Positions 27,370 to 43,689 are shown, counted from the stretch's first letter. The stretch is 64,000 bases of DNA from Eledone cirrhosa (GCA_964016885.1 OZ024765.1:15438001-15502000); one strand, 5' to 3'. The notes: generated by a model not told the origin, from the sequence alone. Numbers and translations are program-made.

Positions 27370-28710
27370 GAAATATCTGAAACGTTGATACTGCCGACTG
27401 TACGTCGGCGAACGTTACAACATTGCGTTGGTCAAAAGAATTCGGTTTTCGTACGCTTAGAATCACTGTGTAATTTCAGAATGTCAGCAGTTCGTTTGAG
27501 GAAGGCAACGTTTTTACTGCTTACTTAACGTTGCTGAACCTCACTACATAGCAACATAGCATTGGGCAAAGGATTTCTCGATTTCTACTCTTAGAATCAC
27601 TGTGTAATTTCAGGATGTCAGCAGTTCGTTTGAGGAAGGAAACGTTTTTATTGCTTACTGAACGTTGTGGAACGTCACTACATAGCATTGGGCAAAGGAT
27701 TTCTCGATTTCTACTCTTAGAATCACTGTGTAATTTCAGGATGTCAGCAGTTCGTTTGAGGAAGGAAACGTTTTTATTGCTTACTGAACGTTGTTGAACG
27801 TCACTACATAGCATTGGGCAAAGGATTTCTCGATTTCTACTCTTAGAATCACTGTGTAATTTCAGGATGTCAGCAGTTCGTTTGAGGAAGGAAACGTTTT
27901 TACTGCTTACTGAACGTTGTTGAACGTCACTACATAGCATTGGGAAAAGGATTTTTCGATTTCTACTCTTAGAATCACTGTGTAATTTCCGGATGTCAGC
28001 AGTTCGTCTGAGGAGGACAACGTTTTTACTGCTTACTGAACGTTGTTGAACGTCACTACATAGCATTGGGAAAAGGATTTCTCGATTTCTACTCTTAGAA
28101 TCACTGTGTAATTTCAGGATGTCAGCAGTTCGTCTGAGGAAGTGAACATTGATACAAGTTACTGTACGTTGGCGAACGTCACTACATAACATTGGTCAAA
28201 CGTTTCTAGACTCCTACGCTTTGAATTGTTTGTATTGTTGCTGTTGGTGTAGTCGCTATTTATTTTCTTGTTAGTGGTGTTAATTTAGTTGTTGCTTTTG
28301 TTGTCATTCATCATTACGTGGTCGATAAAATAAAGTACCAGTAATACACTGAGATAATTGCTGTCCTTGAGCCAAACTGCTGTCCTCACGTCTGTATTTT
28401 GCTTGTCGCTGTTACTGTTGTGTTTGGTGTGGTCATTTTCTTTAAGGTTAGTCTTTTTGGTGTGTTCGTTATTGCTGTCTTTGTTCATGTTGTTTGTGGT
28501 GGAGTTTGTGTTATACATTTCTAGATTCCTACGTTTAGAATCACAGTGACATTTCAGGATGTCAGCGGCGCCTCTGAGGAATGGAACGCTCATACTGCTT
28601 ACTGTACGTTGGCGAACGGTACCACATAACGCTGGTCAAAGGATTTCTAGATTACTACGCTTAGAATCACAGTGTAAAATAGAAACTTACGCAGCCCGTC
28701 TGAGGAAAGA
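27370..28710. repeat. 126-bp tandem satellite (~6 good units plus degenerate ones), interrupted at ~28220-28520 by (GTT)-rich sequence and a SINE core
   Basis: ttagaatcactgtgtaatttcaggatgtcagcagttcg... at 27457, 27591, 27717, 27843, 27969 and 28095. Confidence 0.93.
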
Positions 28711-29370
28711 GACCTCAGCAGGAAATTTTCCGCAGAAATTCCTTCGTAATTTTGTCCGCAGAGCGCCACGGAAACACCGCTCCGACCTAGGTGATATATG
28801 CTATCACCCTGTTCCCTTCCTTATCTCTATCTTCCTTTGCCTAATACTCCTTGCTCTTTCCCCCCTTTCTTCTCATTTATAGCATTTATAGTACTTTCCA
28901 ATATGTTTCCTATACTTCCATTTCTGCCCTACGTAATCCTTCCCCCGTGTATTCATTACTTAACTTTGCTTACATCAATTTTAAAACATTTCCATCATTG
29001 CATATCTTCAGTCTGTAAAATATATTGGAGATATTTTTATGTGTAACAGAGAACCAAATAAAATAAGAGATTTTAAGAACTAAAATATAAAATAAGGAAG
29101 AAGGGGATAAACTTGTTGTTGATGTTGATATTATTTGAGGAGGAGATTTGAGTTTAATATCATAACGATTAGGGTAGCTAATGGTGATGATGATGATGAT
29201 AATGTTGATGGTGATGGTGATAATGATGATGGTGTTGGTGGTGGTGGTGGTGCTGATGGTGAAGGTGATGGTGATGGTGATGGTGATGATGATGATGGTT
29301 GCGCTGATGATGATGATGATGATGATGATGATAATAATGATGATGAAGATAATGATAGTAATGGTGATGT

Positions 29371-29404
<34 letters not shown>

Positions 29405-29729
29405 ATATTTTAAATGATTAATCAGAAAAAAATATATAATTAAAAAATATGTAGAATAGTTGATGATGAAAATGCAGGGGTTACTATGGGAACAAAGCAG
29501 AGGCGGTGATGATGCTAATGATAATGAGGTGTGGGATGATAACAATGAAGGGCGGGTGTAGCGATGGAGGCGATGATGGAGATGGATGATAGTGATATCA
29601 TGCGGTGTGTGTGGAAATAATGATATCGACGACGACGAGGGGGGTAATTCTTAGAGATGATGAACGTGAGGACGGTGATGATGTGAGCTGGGTGGGTGTT
29701 GATGATAGCAGTGATAATGTTAATGAATA

Positions 29730-30505
29730 ATTGTTTCTACTTTTGGCACAAGGCCAGCAATTACCCAGTACATTACTGGTACTTTATTTTATCAACCCCA
29801 TAATAATAGGTTCTACTTTTGGCACAAGGCCAGCAATTACCCAGTACATTACTGGTACTTTATTTTATCAACCCCGTAATAATAGTTTCTACTTTTGGCA
29901 CAAGGCCAGATATTACCCAGTACATTACTGGTACTTTATTTTATCAACCCCGTAATAATAGTTTCTACTTTAGGCACAAGGCCAACAAATACCCAGTACA
30001 TTACTGGTACTTTATTTTATCAACCCCGTAATAATAGTTTCTACTTTTGGCACAAGGCCAACACATACCCAGTACATTACTGGTACTTTATTTTATCAAC
30101 CCCGTAATAATAGGTTCTACTTTTGGCACAAGGCCAGCAAATATCCAGTACATTACTGGTACTTTATTTTATCAACCCCGTAATAATAGTTTCTACTTTT
30201 GGCACAAGGCCAGCAATTACCCAGTACATTACTGGTACTTTATTTTATCAACCCCGTAATAATAGTTTCTACTTTTGGCACAAGGCCAACAAATACCCAG
30301 TACATTACTGGTACTTTATTTTATCAACCCCGTAATAATAGTTTCTACTTTTGGCCGAAGGCCAGCAATTACTCAGTACATTACTGGTACTTTATTTTAT
30401 CAACCCCGTAAGGATGAAAGGCAAAGTTAACCTTGGCGGGATTTGCACTCAGAATGGCAAGAGCCTTAGCAGTGTGCTGCAAAGCATGGCGTCTGACCCT
30501 AGCGG
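29730..30505 (-). repeat. SINE with its 3' 76 bp tandemly amplified ~9 times
   Basis: Unit gtttctacttttggcacaaggccagcaattacccagtacattactggtactttattttatcaaccccgtaataata. A single tRNA head at 30410-30505. Confidence 0.92.
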
Positions 30506-30689
30506 TGGGGTTGTGATGAGATTGAGGAAAATAATAATGATGACAACGAGGAGAGGGGGTAATTCGTAAAGATGATGAGGGTGAGGGAGGGGGTGATGAT
30601 GAAAATCTGGGTGCGTGTTGATGATAACAGTGATAATGGTAATGATATAATGGGGGAAGGGTGGGGTGTGATGACAGTGAGAACAATAA

Positions 30690-31080
30690 TTGTTTCTACT
30701 TTTGGCACAAGGCCAGCAATTACCAGTGCATTACTGGTACTTTATTTTATCAACCCCGTAATACTTGTTTCTACTTTTGGCACAAGGCCAGCAATTACCC
30801 CAGTGCATTACTGGCACTTTATTTTATCGACCATGTAAGGATATGAAAGGCAAAGTTGACCTCGGCGGGATTTGAACTCAGAATAGAAAGGGCCGTAACT
30901 CTATGCGTCAAAGCATGACGTCCGACCCTCTACCGATACTGCCAAACCACTGCGCTAGTGAGTAAAATAATTCTTTCTACTTTAGGCACAATGCCAGCAA
31001 AATTATCCAGTGCATTACTGGTACTTTATTTTATCGACCCCGCAAGGATGAATAAAATAAAGTACCAGTAATGCACTGGC
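30690..31080 (-). mobile_element. Further SINE copies, the last with a fold-back of its core (31007-31079)
   Basis: ccagtgcattactggtactttattttat...ataaaataaagtaccagtaatgcactgg. Confidence 0.8.
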
Positions 31081-31469
31081 ATGGTCGCTAGTGAGAAAAA
31101 TAATGATAGGTGGTGTTGGTGGGGAAATAATGGGATGATGGGGGAGCTTAGCGTCGAAGCGGTGACTGATGAGGGTGGTGATGGTGGTTGTGATAATGGA
31201 GATTGCCGGGAGTAATGATGATGGTGTTTTATGATGAAGAGGATATGGGTAGATGACAGTGATTGCGATAGTGATAATGGGGGGTGGGGGTTGGGGTGAT
31301 GGGGGTGGGGGTGGATTAATTGTGAAGAGGATGGTGTTTGTTTGTTTGTTTGTGATATGTAACGATAACGAGGCTGTATGATGAAGAGGATGCTGGTGAT
31401 GACTGCCATGATGATAATGATAACTCTAGCACCATAACGACCCCCCCCCCCAAAAAAAAAACTAGGCCG

Positions 31470-31905
31470 CCATTAGCAACAGCAACAACAACAACCATAT
31501 CAACACCATTAACAACAACGCCATTATCAGCACCAACGCCTCCATCATTGTAGTTGGTACCATCAGTATGGTTGACTCCATACTTCCAATATTTCCAATG
31601 ACGACAACAACACCACCAGCAACAACAGCAGCAACAACAACAACAACAGCACCACCAGCACCACCAACAACAACAATAACAACAAGAGCACCATCACTAA
31701 CACCAATAGTACCATCACCACTACCAGCACTACCAACAACAACAACAACAACAACACTACCACCAACACCACCACTACCACCAACACCACCACTACCACC
31801 AACAACACCACCACCACCACCACCAAAAACCACAACACCACTACCACCACCACCTCCAACAACACCACCAACAACAACACCACCGTCACAACAACAACAA
31901 TACCA

Positions 31906-31938
<33 letters not shown>

Positions 31939-32648
31939 CCACCAACAACACCAACACCACCCCCAACAACAACAACACCACCGTCACAACAACAACACCA
32001 ATAACAACAACACCACTACCACCACCACCAACAACAACAACACCACTACCACCAACAACAACACCACCACCAACAACAACACCACTATCACCAACAACAA
32101 CACCACCACCACCACCAACAACACTACTACCACCACCACCACCAACAACAACACCACTATCACCAACAACAACAGCACCACTACCACTACCACCACCACC
32201 AACAACAACACCACTATCACCAACAACAACAACACCACTACCACTACCACCACCACCAACAACAACAACAACACCACCACCAACAACAACAACACCACCA
32301 CCACCACCAACAACAACACCACTATCACCAACAACAACAGCACCACTACCACTACCACCACTACCAACAACAACAACAACACCACTATCACCAACAACAA
32401 CACCACCACCACCACCAACAACACTACTACCACCACCACCAACAACAACAACACCACTATCACCAACAACAACAAAACCACTACCACTACCACCACCACC
32501 AACAACAACACCACCACCACCAACAACAACAACACCACTATCACCAACAACAACAACACCACCACCAAAAACAACACCACCACCACCAACACCAACAACA
32601 CCACTACCACCACCACCACCACCACCACCACCACCAACAACAACAGTA
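31470..32648. repeat. (CAA)/(CAC) compound repeat
   Basis: Direct inspection. Confidence 0.95.
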
Positions 32649-33002
32649 GTAAGTTATTCAGTGGAAGCCATTATCAGCCAAGCTGATATTACACAGTTCA
32701 CACAATAAATGAACACAAGGTCTGTTTGATTCCTATGAAATAAAGATTTATCAAAGAAATTAAGGAGAGTTTCTGTAGCGGATTGACATATTTAGAATAC
32801 TCTGGATATTTACAAAGAAATATATACACACTGCAGATATGTATATATATATATATATCTATCTATCTATATATATATATATATATATATATAATGTGTG
32901 TGTGTGTGTATTAGTGTATATATGTCTATGGGAATACGCAGAGTATTTTAATGTGTTTGTAAACACACACACACACACACACACCTATGTATATATATAT
33001 AT

Positions 33003-33075
<73 letters not shown>

Positions 33076-33287
33076 ATATATATGTATATATATGCATATA
33101 TATATATATATTATATGTATATATATGCATATGTATGTATATATGTATATATATATCTATATATATGCATATATATGTATGTATATGTATATATGTATAT
33201 GTATATGTATGCATATGTATGTATATATGTATATATATGCATATGTATGTACATATGTATATATTTGCATATATATGTATATATGTA

Positions 33288-33344
<57 letters not shown>

Positions 33345-33437
33345 TAAAACATGTCTATAGAATCACCAGATAAAATATATACCATTTCCTCTCCCATTGC
33401 AAAACACACATATATATCTATCTATATATACGTAAAC

Positions 33438-33557
<120 letters not shown>

Positions 33558-33564
33558 CTTTATA

Positions 33565-33597
<33 letters not shown>

Positions 33598-33599
33598 GT

Positions 33600-34128
33600 A
33601 GATAAATCTACCAAGAGTTTACGGTAGTGTCCAATCCGTATGAAGAACTCAATGTATTCCGGATATCATGGAAAGAAGAGATGTAATGAAAAACCACTTT
33701 CGGTGAAAGATAAACGGTATACAGAGTCAAGATAAAATATTAAACAAATAATGAATAAACAATTCCTTATATTAAACAAAAAAAGTTCATTATTTAACGA
33801 TCGTTTCTAGGGTATATATGTGTTATAATTGGTATGCATATTCAACAGATCTATGTACAAAATTATACAAAATTATACAAATTATCAAGATTAAATATAC
33901 ATACCAAACACATATATACGCCGTCTTCAGAAATATTTCTGAAGACGGCGTATATATGTGTTTGGTATGTATATTTAATCTTGATAATTTGTATAATTTT
34001 GTATAATTTTGTACATAGATCTGTTGAATATGCATACCAATTATAACACATATATACCCTAGAAACGATCGTTAAATAATGAACTTTTTTTGTTTAATAT
34101 AAGGAATTGTTTATTCATTATTTGTTTA

Positions 34129-34137
<9 letters not shown>
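33600..34137. mobile_element. Penelope-like fragment forming a perfect 406-bp spacerless palindrome (33732-34137) with an HHR in each arm
   Basis: Axis aaat|attt at 33934/33935. Plus HHR 33934-34078: UAUUU CUGAAGA [~115-nt stem II] GAAAC GAUC GUU AAAUA. (TA)n flanks. Confidence 0.85.
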
Positions 34138-34196
<59 letters not shown>

Positions 34197-34414
34197 TATA
34201 TATGCATATTCATGCGCGTTAGGGACTCACATACACACACACCCACACTCAAACACACACACAGTGACACACACACACAATGCCACATCCGACACCCCGC
34301 CTCACTCGGTTCGTGGGCGACTTGTGCCTCTTGTCCAGGAAACTCCTACAGCTCATTGGAAATAAAAATCCAAATCAACGTTATACAGAATAGTAGTTCT
34401 TTCTCAAACGACCA

Positions 34415-35180
34415 TATATGGATATATAGATATATAGATAGATATATAGATATATAGATATATAGATATATAGATAGATATATAGATATATAGATATATA
34501 GATATATAGATATATAGATATATAGATAGATATATAGATATATAGATATATAGATATATAGATATATATATAGATATATAGATAGATATATAGATATATA
34601 GATATATAGATATATAGATATATAGATAGATATATAGATATATAGATATATAGATATATAGATATATATATAGATATATAGATAGATATATAGATATATA
34701 GATATATAGATATATATATAGATATATAGATATATAGATATATAGATAAATATATAGATATATAGATAGATATATAGATATATAGATATATAGATATATA
34801 GATAGATATATAGATATATAGATATATAGATAGATATATAGATATATAGATATATAGATATATAGATAAATATATAGATATATAGATAGATATATAGATA
34901 TATAGATATATAGATATATATATATAGATATAGATATATAGATATATAGATATATAGATAGATATATAGATAGATATATAGATATATAGATATATAGATA
35001 TATATATAGATATATAGATAGATATATAGATATATAGATATATAGATATATATATAGAGATATATAGATATATAGATAAATATATAGGTATATAGATATA
35101 TAGATAGATATGTGTGTGTGTGTATATATAGGTAGATATGTGTAGATATAGATATATAGATAGATAGATAAATATATAGA
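34415..35180. repeat. (TAGATATA)n array
   Basis: Direct inspection. Confidence 0.95.
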
Positions 35181-35200
35181 TATATATAGATAGATATGAT

Positions 35201-35232
<32 letters not shown>

Positions 35233-35256
35233 GATATGTGAAGATATAGATATGTA

Positions 35257-35335
<79 letters not shown>

Positions 35336-35447
35336 ATATATATACATATATTATATATATATATATATATATGAATATATATACATATATATATATGTAT
35401 ATGAGTATATATATAAATATATATACATATATATATATGTATATGAA

Positions 35448-35483
<36 letters not shown>

Positions 35484-35520
35484 CATATATCTATATATAT
35501 ATATATGTATGTATATATGT

Positions 35521-35566
<46 letters not shown>

Positions 35567-35604
35567 ACATATATATATATATATATGTATATATATATGT
35601 ATAC

Positions 35605-35643
<39 letters not shown>

Positions 35644-35776
35644 CGTATATATATATATATATATATATATATACGTACATACATATATATATATATATAC
35701 ATACATACACACACATATATATATATACACACACAATATGATATGCGTGTGCACTCGTATGTATGAACATGAATGC

Positions 35777-35839
<63 letters not shown>

Positions 35840-36179
35840 CAATCTATATATATATATATATATACATGTCTGTGTGTGTGTGTGTGTGTGTGTAAGGGAT
35901 GTGGGAATGCATCTCATCAATAGTCCATCAGTATGTCTTGTGTCATCACACACTTGAGACAGCGCGTTGCTGTTTAATTTCCCCGCTCTCGCTAGTGCAG
36001 GAAACTGGAGAAGTAGCGAGATGTGAAGTGAACTAGAATAGCGGAAGTTGGGGGTGGAAACGATCGTAAGACACGCGGCGTCACGCCAAGCGTGAAGAAT
36101 TATGGGAAGACGCTTACCTATGCTACGTGTATGTGAGTTGTCTTGATGTGTATGTGTAAATATATATATATATTCGTGG

Positions 36180-36210
<31 letters not shown>

Positions 36211-36418
36211 TATCTATATATATATACCACGAATATGTATGTATATATATACAGATATGTTATACATATATTTATATATAATATTTATGTATATTATATA
36301 TATATATATATATATAATATATATATGTAAATAATATAAATCATGTATATATATATATATATGTAAATAATATAACACATATATATATATAACAATACAT
36401 ATGTATATGTATATATAC

Positions 36419-36516
<98 letters not shown>

Positions 36517-36592
36517 CTTATGTATATGTATATAAATATATATATATATACATATATATATACATATATATATATATGTATATACATGTATA

Positions 36593-36633
<41 letters not shown>

Positions 36634-37164
36634 ATACACTCACACACATATATACACAGACCCAAACACACACACACTTAGACACTCACACACACACATA
36701 TACACAGACTGAAACACACACATACACTCAGACACTCACACATATACACATACCCAAACACACACATTTACTCAGACACTCACACACACATATACACATA
36801 CCCAAACACACACACTCAGACACTCTCACTCACACATATATACAGACCCAAACACACACACACTCACAGACCCAAACACACACACACTCAGACACTCACA
36901 CACACACATATACACAGACCCAAACACCCACATACACTCAGACACTCACACACACACACATATACACAGACCCAAACACACACACACTCAGAGACACACA
37001 CATATACACATACCCAAACACACACACACACTCAGACACTCTCTCTCACACACACTCAGACACTCACACACACATACAGACACACAGCTGACACACTCTT
37101 ATAGACATATACACGTAAAGAGTGTGTCTTGGTAACACATACATGCACAGCGCAACACACACGC

Positions 37165-37199
<35 letters not shown>

Positions 37200-37370
37200 A
37201 ACTCACACATACGCATACCCCGACACACACACATTCAGTCACACACACACACGCATATACACACATACATCCATACATACACACGTCCTAACACTCTCAT
37301 ACACTTATATACACATTCAAAAAGTTGTGTAACAAGATATATAGTGTCCAACAGCTTTCTAGACGAAAGA

Positions 37371-37945
37371 AATGGAGGACGTGTGTTGCTATATATGTGT
37401 TTATGTCCGCATATATGTATGTGTATGTGTCTCCTTGTTTTCATATATTATACACACACACACACATACACACATAGACAGAGGCACATATATACGCAGG
37501 CACACACAGGCAGATGGAGGACGTGTGTTGCTCTATATGTGTTTATGTCCGCATATATATATGTGTATGTGTCTTCTTGTTTTCATATATTATACACACA
37601 CACACAGTCACACATAGACACATACACACACACATAGACACACATACATCTGTGTGTGTGTGTGTGAGCCTGTGTCTATATATGTGTGTGTCTGTGTATG
37701 GGTTTGTGTGTGTCTGTGTGTGTCTGTGTGCGAGCCTGTGTCTGTATATGAGCGTGTGTGTGTCTCTGTGTTTGTGCCTCTGTGTCTATGTGTGTGTGTG
37801 TGTCTCTGTATGCATGTGCCTCTGTCTATGTGTGTGTGTGTGTGTGTGTGTATAATATATGAAAACAAGGAGACACATACACATACATATATGCGGACAT
37901 AAACACATATAGAGCAACACACGTCCTCCATCTGCCTGTGTGTGC
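37371..37945. repeat. ~85-bp unit present twice in direct and once in inverted orientation
   Basis: atggaggacgtgtgttgct...ttttcatatattatacac at 37372 and 37514, reverse complement at ~37848-37932. Confidence 0.88.
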
Positions 37946-38685
37946 CTGTGTCTATATATGTGTCTATGTGTCTATGTGTCTCTGTTTGTATGTGTCTATG
38001 TGTGTGTGTGTGTGTATGTGTCTATGTGTATGTGTGTGTATGTGTATGTGTTTGTATGTGTATATGTCTCTGTGTGTGTATGTGTCTATGTGTATGTGTG
38101 TGTATATGTCTATGTGTATGTATGTGTCTATGTGTCTGTGTTTGTATGTATCTATGTGTGTGTGTATATGTCTATGTGTATGTGTATGTATGTGTATATG
38201 TGTATGTGTATATGTGTCTATGTGTGTGTGTATGTGTCTATGTGTGTGTGTCTATGTGTCTGGTATGTGTGACTGTGTGTTTCTATGTGTCTATGCGTAT
38301 GTGTGTCTATGTGTCTGTGTTTGTATGTGTACATGTGTATGTGTGTGTATGTCTCTATGTGTGTGTGTATGTGTCTGTGTGTGTATGTGTCTGTGTTTGT
38401 ATACGTGTGTATGTGTCTGTGTGACTACGTGTGTGTCTATGTGACCACGTGTGTGTGTATGTATTAGTTGAGCAACTGTAATAAATAGAGAAAGGTATGT
38501 TGAGGCGAGTGAGGAGAAGTTGATCAATGATTCACGCTGCATGCGTTGAGCCTTGAATACACGATTATGTAAATAGGAACATTATTGAGGCACTGACAGC
38601 AATTGTCAGTGTATATATCTACATACCTCTATATATATATATATATATATATACACCTATATATATATATATATATATATACCCC

Positions 38686-38796
<111 letters not shown>

Positions 38797-38870
38797 CATA
38801 TATGCGTCTATAGAGGCATATATATACACGTATATATATATTTTTTCTATATACATACACGTACATATGT

Positions 38871-38948
<78 letters not shown>

Positions 38949-39051
38949 GTCTACATATATATCTACATATATATCCGTCTACATATATATATATATATAT
39001 ATGTAGACAGATATATATGAATATGTATATAGGCGTGTAGATACAGACACG

Positions 39052-39123
<72 letters not shown>

Positions 39124-39243
39124 TATGTATGTATGCATATGTAGGTTTCTTTGAGTGATTATGTGACTGTCCGAGTGTATGACAGACAGAAACATAGTTA
39201 GAGAGAGAGAGAAAGAGTGAGAAGATATATAGAGGGACAGGTG

Positions 39244-39327
<84 letters not shown>

Positions 39328-39802
39328 AGAGCTGTGTGATGTGCTTTATCAACTGTATGGTAGCAATGGTCGTTATATTGACTTATAGTATTGTCCTACA
39401 CAGGAAGACTAGAAGACTGGATAGAGGGGGAGTCTGGTGAGGGGGGGGAGGTGTTGGGAGAGGGGTTGCTTGAAGGGTAAGGGTTAGGGGGTGGGGGTTA
39501 TCTTGGGAGAGGGGGAGGGGAGATTTTGTGGGAGTCAGGAGAGGCGGAGGTGAGAACTTCGGAGAGTGGGAGTAAGAGGTTAGAGAGTTCGTAGGAGATG
39601 GAGTGAGAGTCTTGAGAAAGGGGAGTCTAAAGATGTAGAATGAGACTGATCCTGCGATCAACTGAAGGGTAGCAGTTCAACATGTGTATAAATGATACTC
39701 TATATAAAGACATGAAATATTTTCACGTGTACATCCTTCAACACACCAACATATACGTACATATATACATCTATCTATACATGTACATATGTGTGTGTGT
39801 GG

Positions 39803-39868
<66 letters not shown>

Positions 39869-39951
39869 CTGGAAACTGCTACATGTGTGGCCGCCTTCTT
39901 GTCTCTCTGCTTATTCAGCCCCATGGATTATATTCCTTTGTTAAATTTCGA

Positions 39952-40009
39952 ATACCTGATGAGGTCACCGGATTCATTCTGAACCCGGTCATTGAAATGT
40001 TCATAGTAT
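39952..40009 (+). ncRNA. Type I hammerhead (family E, element ~39867-40200 in (TA)n)
   Basis: AUAC CUGAUGA GGUCACCGGAUUCA UUC UGAACCCGGUCAUU GAAAUGUUCAUA GUAU. Distal stem I attcctt/aaggaat. Confidence 0.72.
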
Positions 40010-40223
40010 AATGAACCTTTAAGGAATTACACCAGTCCAGCCTCCTGTTATTTTTTGAATAATTAACTACGTATCGAACCACCAACAACACAAACGAAGA
40101 CGGGTGAGTTGCATTACGTCGAGTGCTCTCCCTAATATAACATCAAGGTAGACCATACGGAATGACCAGTTCTATCCAGTGATTAACCAACAAACCTCAA
40201 TGTATATATATATATATATATAT

Positions 40224-40392
40224 GTTTATCCCGGGTTCAATCGGGGGTAACCACATTAAGTAATGTACTCATTACAAAGCAGAGTATAAATATTTAATAG
40301 AGAAATGGCTTCTACTGGACTAGAACTGTCTCATTCGAGAGAAATCATCATGATTTCTCACGAATGAGACAGATCTAGTTCTGTAGGATGAC
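40224..40392 (-). mobile_element. Family B copy with fold-back centred on UGAUGA
   Basis: ctagaactgtctcattcg.gagaaatcat|catgatttctc.cgaatgagacag.tctag. Confidence 0.68.
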
Positions 40393-40466
40393 ACCTGATG
40401 AGATCGCCCTGTCTTTCATCATATTATTTGGATGATGGAGCTGGGTCATAGAAATATGTCTGGTGA
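40391..40466 (+). ncRNA. Hammerhead-like motif, stem I imperfect
   Basis: CUGAUGAG..GCCC..UCAUC/GAUGA..GGGU..GAAAUAUGUC UGGUG. Confidence 0.55.
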
Positions 40467-40551
40467 TTTAACGGAATTGAAAATCTAAGACAAAGACTCC
40501 AGTCCGGCCATCTGTTATTGTTTAATATGTGTGTGTATATATATATATATG

Positions 40552-40726
<175 letters not shown>

Positions 40727-40770
40727 GTGTGAGTGTGTATGTATATATATGTGTGTGTGTGTGTGTATAT

Positions 40771-40985
40771 AGGAAAATGTTTGACCACGACGGCAGAGGT
40801 CAAACCGTTTTGACGCCTATTTCTGGACTAAATTCTGTCTAAAATTTAGTCCAGAAATGGCTGTCGAAACGGCTTGAGCGCTGCCGTCGGGGTCAAACAT
40901 TTTCGTATAACCTACTCTACTACCCTAAGTATTCAGAACTCTGGTGCCTTATGGTCCATCTGGTTCCTTACCACACCTCCTTGGT
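40771..40985 (+). mobile_element. Family A copy with fold-back 40773-40904
   Basis: tttctggactaaatt/aatttagtccagaaa, then GAAACGGCUUGAGCGCUGCCGUCGGGG and family A tail. Confidence 0.72.
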
Positions 40986-41104
40986 TATATATATATACAT
41001 ATATATATATAATTCGTATTTGCTTTGTAAGATTTCCTACCTGAAAACATGTGTATGCATACATGCATCTCACTCACTTTTTTCTCTCGCTGTCACTCTC
41101 TCTC

Positions 41105-41251
<147 letters not shown>

Positions 41252-41346
41252 TATATAGAACATAAATGTATAATACACATACATATATATATATAAATGT
41301 CTGTGTGTGTGTTAAGGTATGTGTGTATATATGTAAATACATACAA

Positions 41347-41402
<56 letters not shown>

Positions 41403-41707
41403 TGGTATGAATATATGCATACATATATATCAGAAATATGGACGCTTGCGTTGGAACTCTGTTTTAACCAGCACGAATATAGTTGAAGAAAAACAATTTC
41501 TTATGCATGAATCGTGCGTTGAACGCAACATCCATCTCACCAGGGTATACTGCGGTGTGTGAATAGAGTTGAAATAATTATTAAGATATTTCATATGATC
41601 AATATTTTAACGAATTCTAACGCACTTATATTCTCAAAAGAGGTTTGTACGGAGATATAGAGGGTGAGAAAGCGAGGAAGAATGAGCGAGAGAAAGAGAG
41701 AGAGAGG

Positions 41708-41769
<62 letters not shown>

Positions 41770-41865
41770 CAGGTAGATGGGGAGCAAGTATTTGAAACGT
41801 CTGCGCTTAAAATAGTTAAGCGGCCTCACGTTTTTGAGTGTTTATTTATCAATATGTAATGTATG

Positions 41866-41920
<55 letters not shown>

Positions 41921-41941
41921 GAATATATGAATATATAAATG

Positions 41942-41990
<49 letters not shown>

Positions 41991-42005
41991 CCATTCATAT
42001 ATTCG

Positions 42006-42039
<34 letters not shown>

Positions 42040-42056
42040 TGTAGATATACATATTC

Positions 42057-42095
<39 letters not shown>

Positions 42096-42147
42096 TAGAT
42101 ATAGATATACATATTCATATATATATATATTTATAAATATATATATA

Positions 42148-42210
<63 letters not shown>

Positions 42211-42289
42211 TTACATATATATACATACATATATATTTATATATATATACCTACATATATATTTATATATATATACCTACATATATATT

Positions 42290-42382
<93 letters not shown>

Positions 42383-42567
42383 TTATATATATATATTTAT
42401 ATATATGTATATATATATATATATTCATATATATATATATATATATTTATATAGTACCTCCCTGTTGCTTTCCCTTGTTGACTTTCCATATATATATATT
42501 TATGTGTGTTTGTGGAGGTACGTACCTGTGCGTGTGGAGGTATGTACCTGTGTGTGTGTATATATAT

Positions 42568-42613
<46 letters not shown>

Positions 42614-42733
42614 TATGTGCGTGTATTTTTCTCCTTGTAATGTAACGGTTTACCGTTTACTCCTCTTTTCTGTATGCATATATATCAGAACCTGAAAATG
42701 TACGTATATGAGCGTCTGTAAATTATATATATG

Positions 42734-42799
<66 letters not shown>

Positions 42800-42806
42800 T
42801 ATACAT

Positions 42807-42928
<122 letters not shown>

Positions 42929-42929
42929 C

Positions 42930-42960
<31 letters not shown>

Positions 42961-43096
42961 CATATATATATACCATATATATATACACGTACATATATGA
43001 TATATATATATATATATATATATAACATATATATATACACGTACATATATCATATATGGCCTCAGCCGGATGGCTGAAACAGGTAAAAGAGTAAAA

Positions 43097-43138
<42 letters not shown>

Positions 43139-43246
43139 CATATATATATACACATACATATATAACATATATATATATATATATATATACATACATATAT
43201 ATATATAACATATATATATATATATATATACATACATATATATAAC

Positions 43247-43310
<64 letters not shown>

Positions 43311-43347
43311 CATATATATATATAACATATATATATATATCTATCTA

Positions 43348-43398
<51 letters not shown>

Positions 43399-43492
43399 GC
43401 ATGGGCATATATAAGTTACGTGTGTATAGGGACACCTGAACTGCTTTAGTAAAATAGCTATAGATCATTGCACTCCATGCATATGTATGTAT

Positions 43493-43606
<114 letters not shown>

Positions 43607-43657
43607 GTATATACATATATGTATATATATGTATATATATATATATGTATATATATG

Positions 43658-43689
<32 letters not shown>

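Noticed and set aside
27521-28192. 223-aa ORF of 42-aa repeats
   Set aside because: A 126-bp satellite with no domain signature and degenerate flanking units.
29730-30410. Regular 76-bp array resembling CRISPR
   Set aside because: The whole unit repeats and derives from the SINE 3' half. Eukaryotic context, no cas genes.
31568-32686. Mucin-like Thr/Pro/Gln/Asn ORF
   Set aside because: CAA/CAC microsatellite with no signal peptide or splice support.
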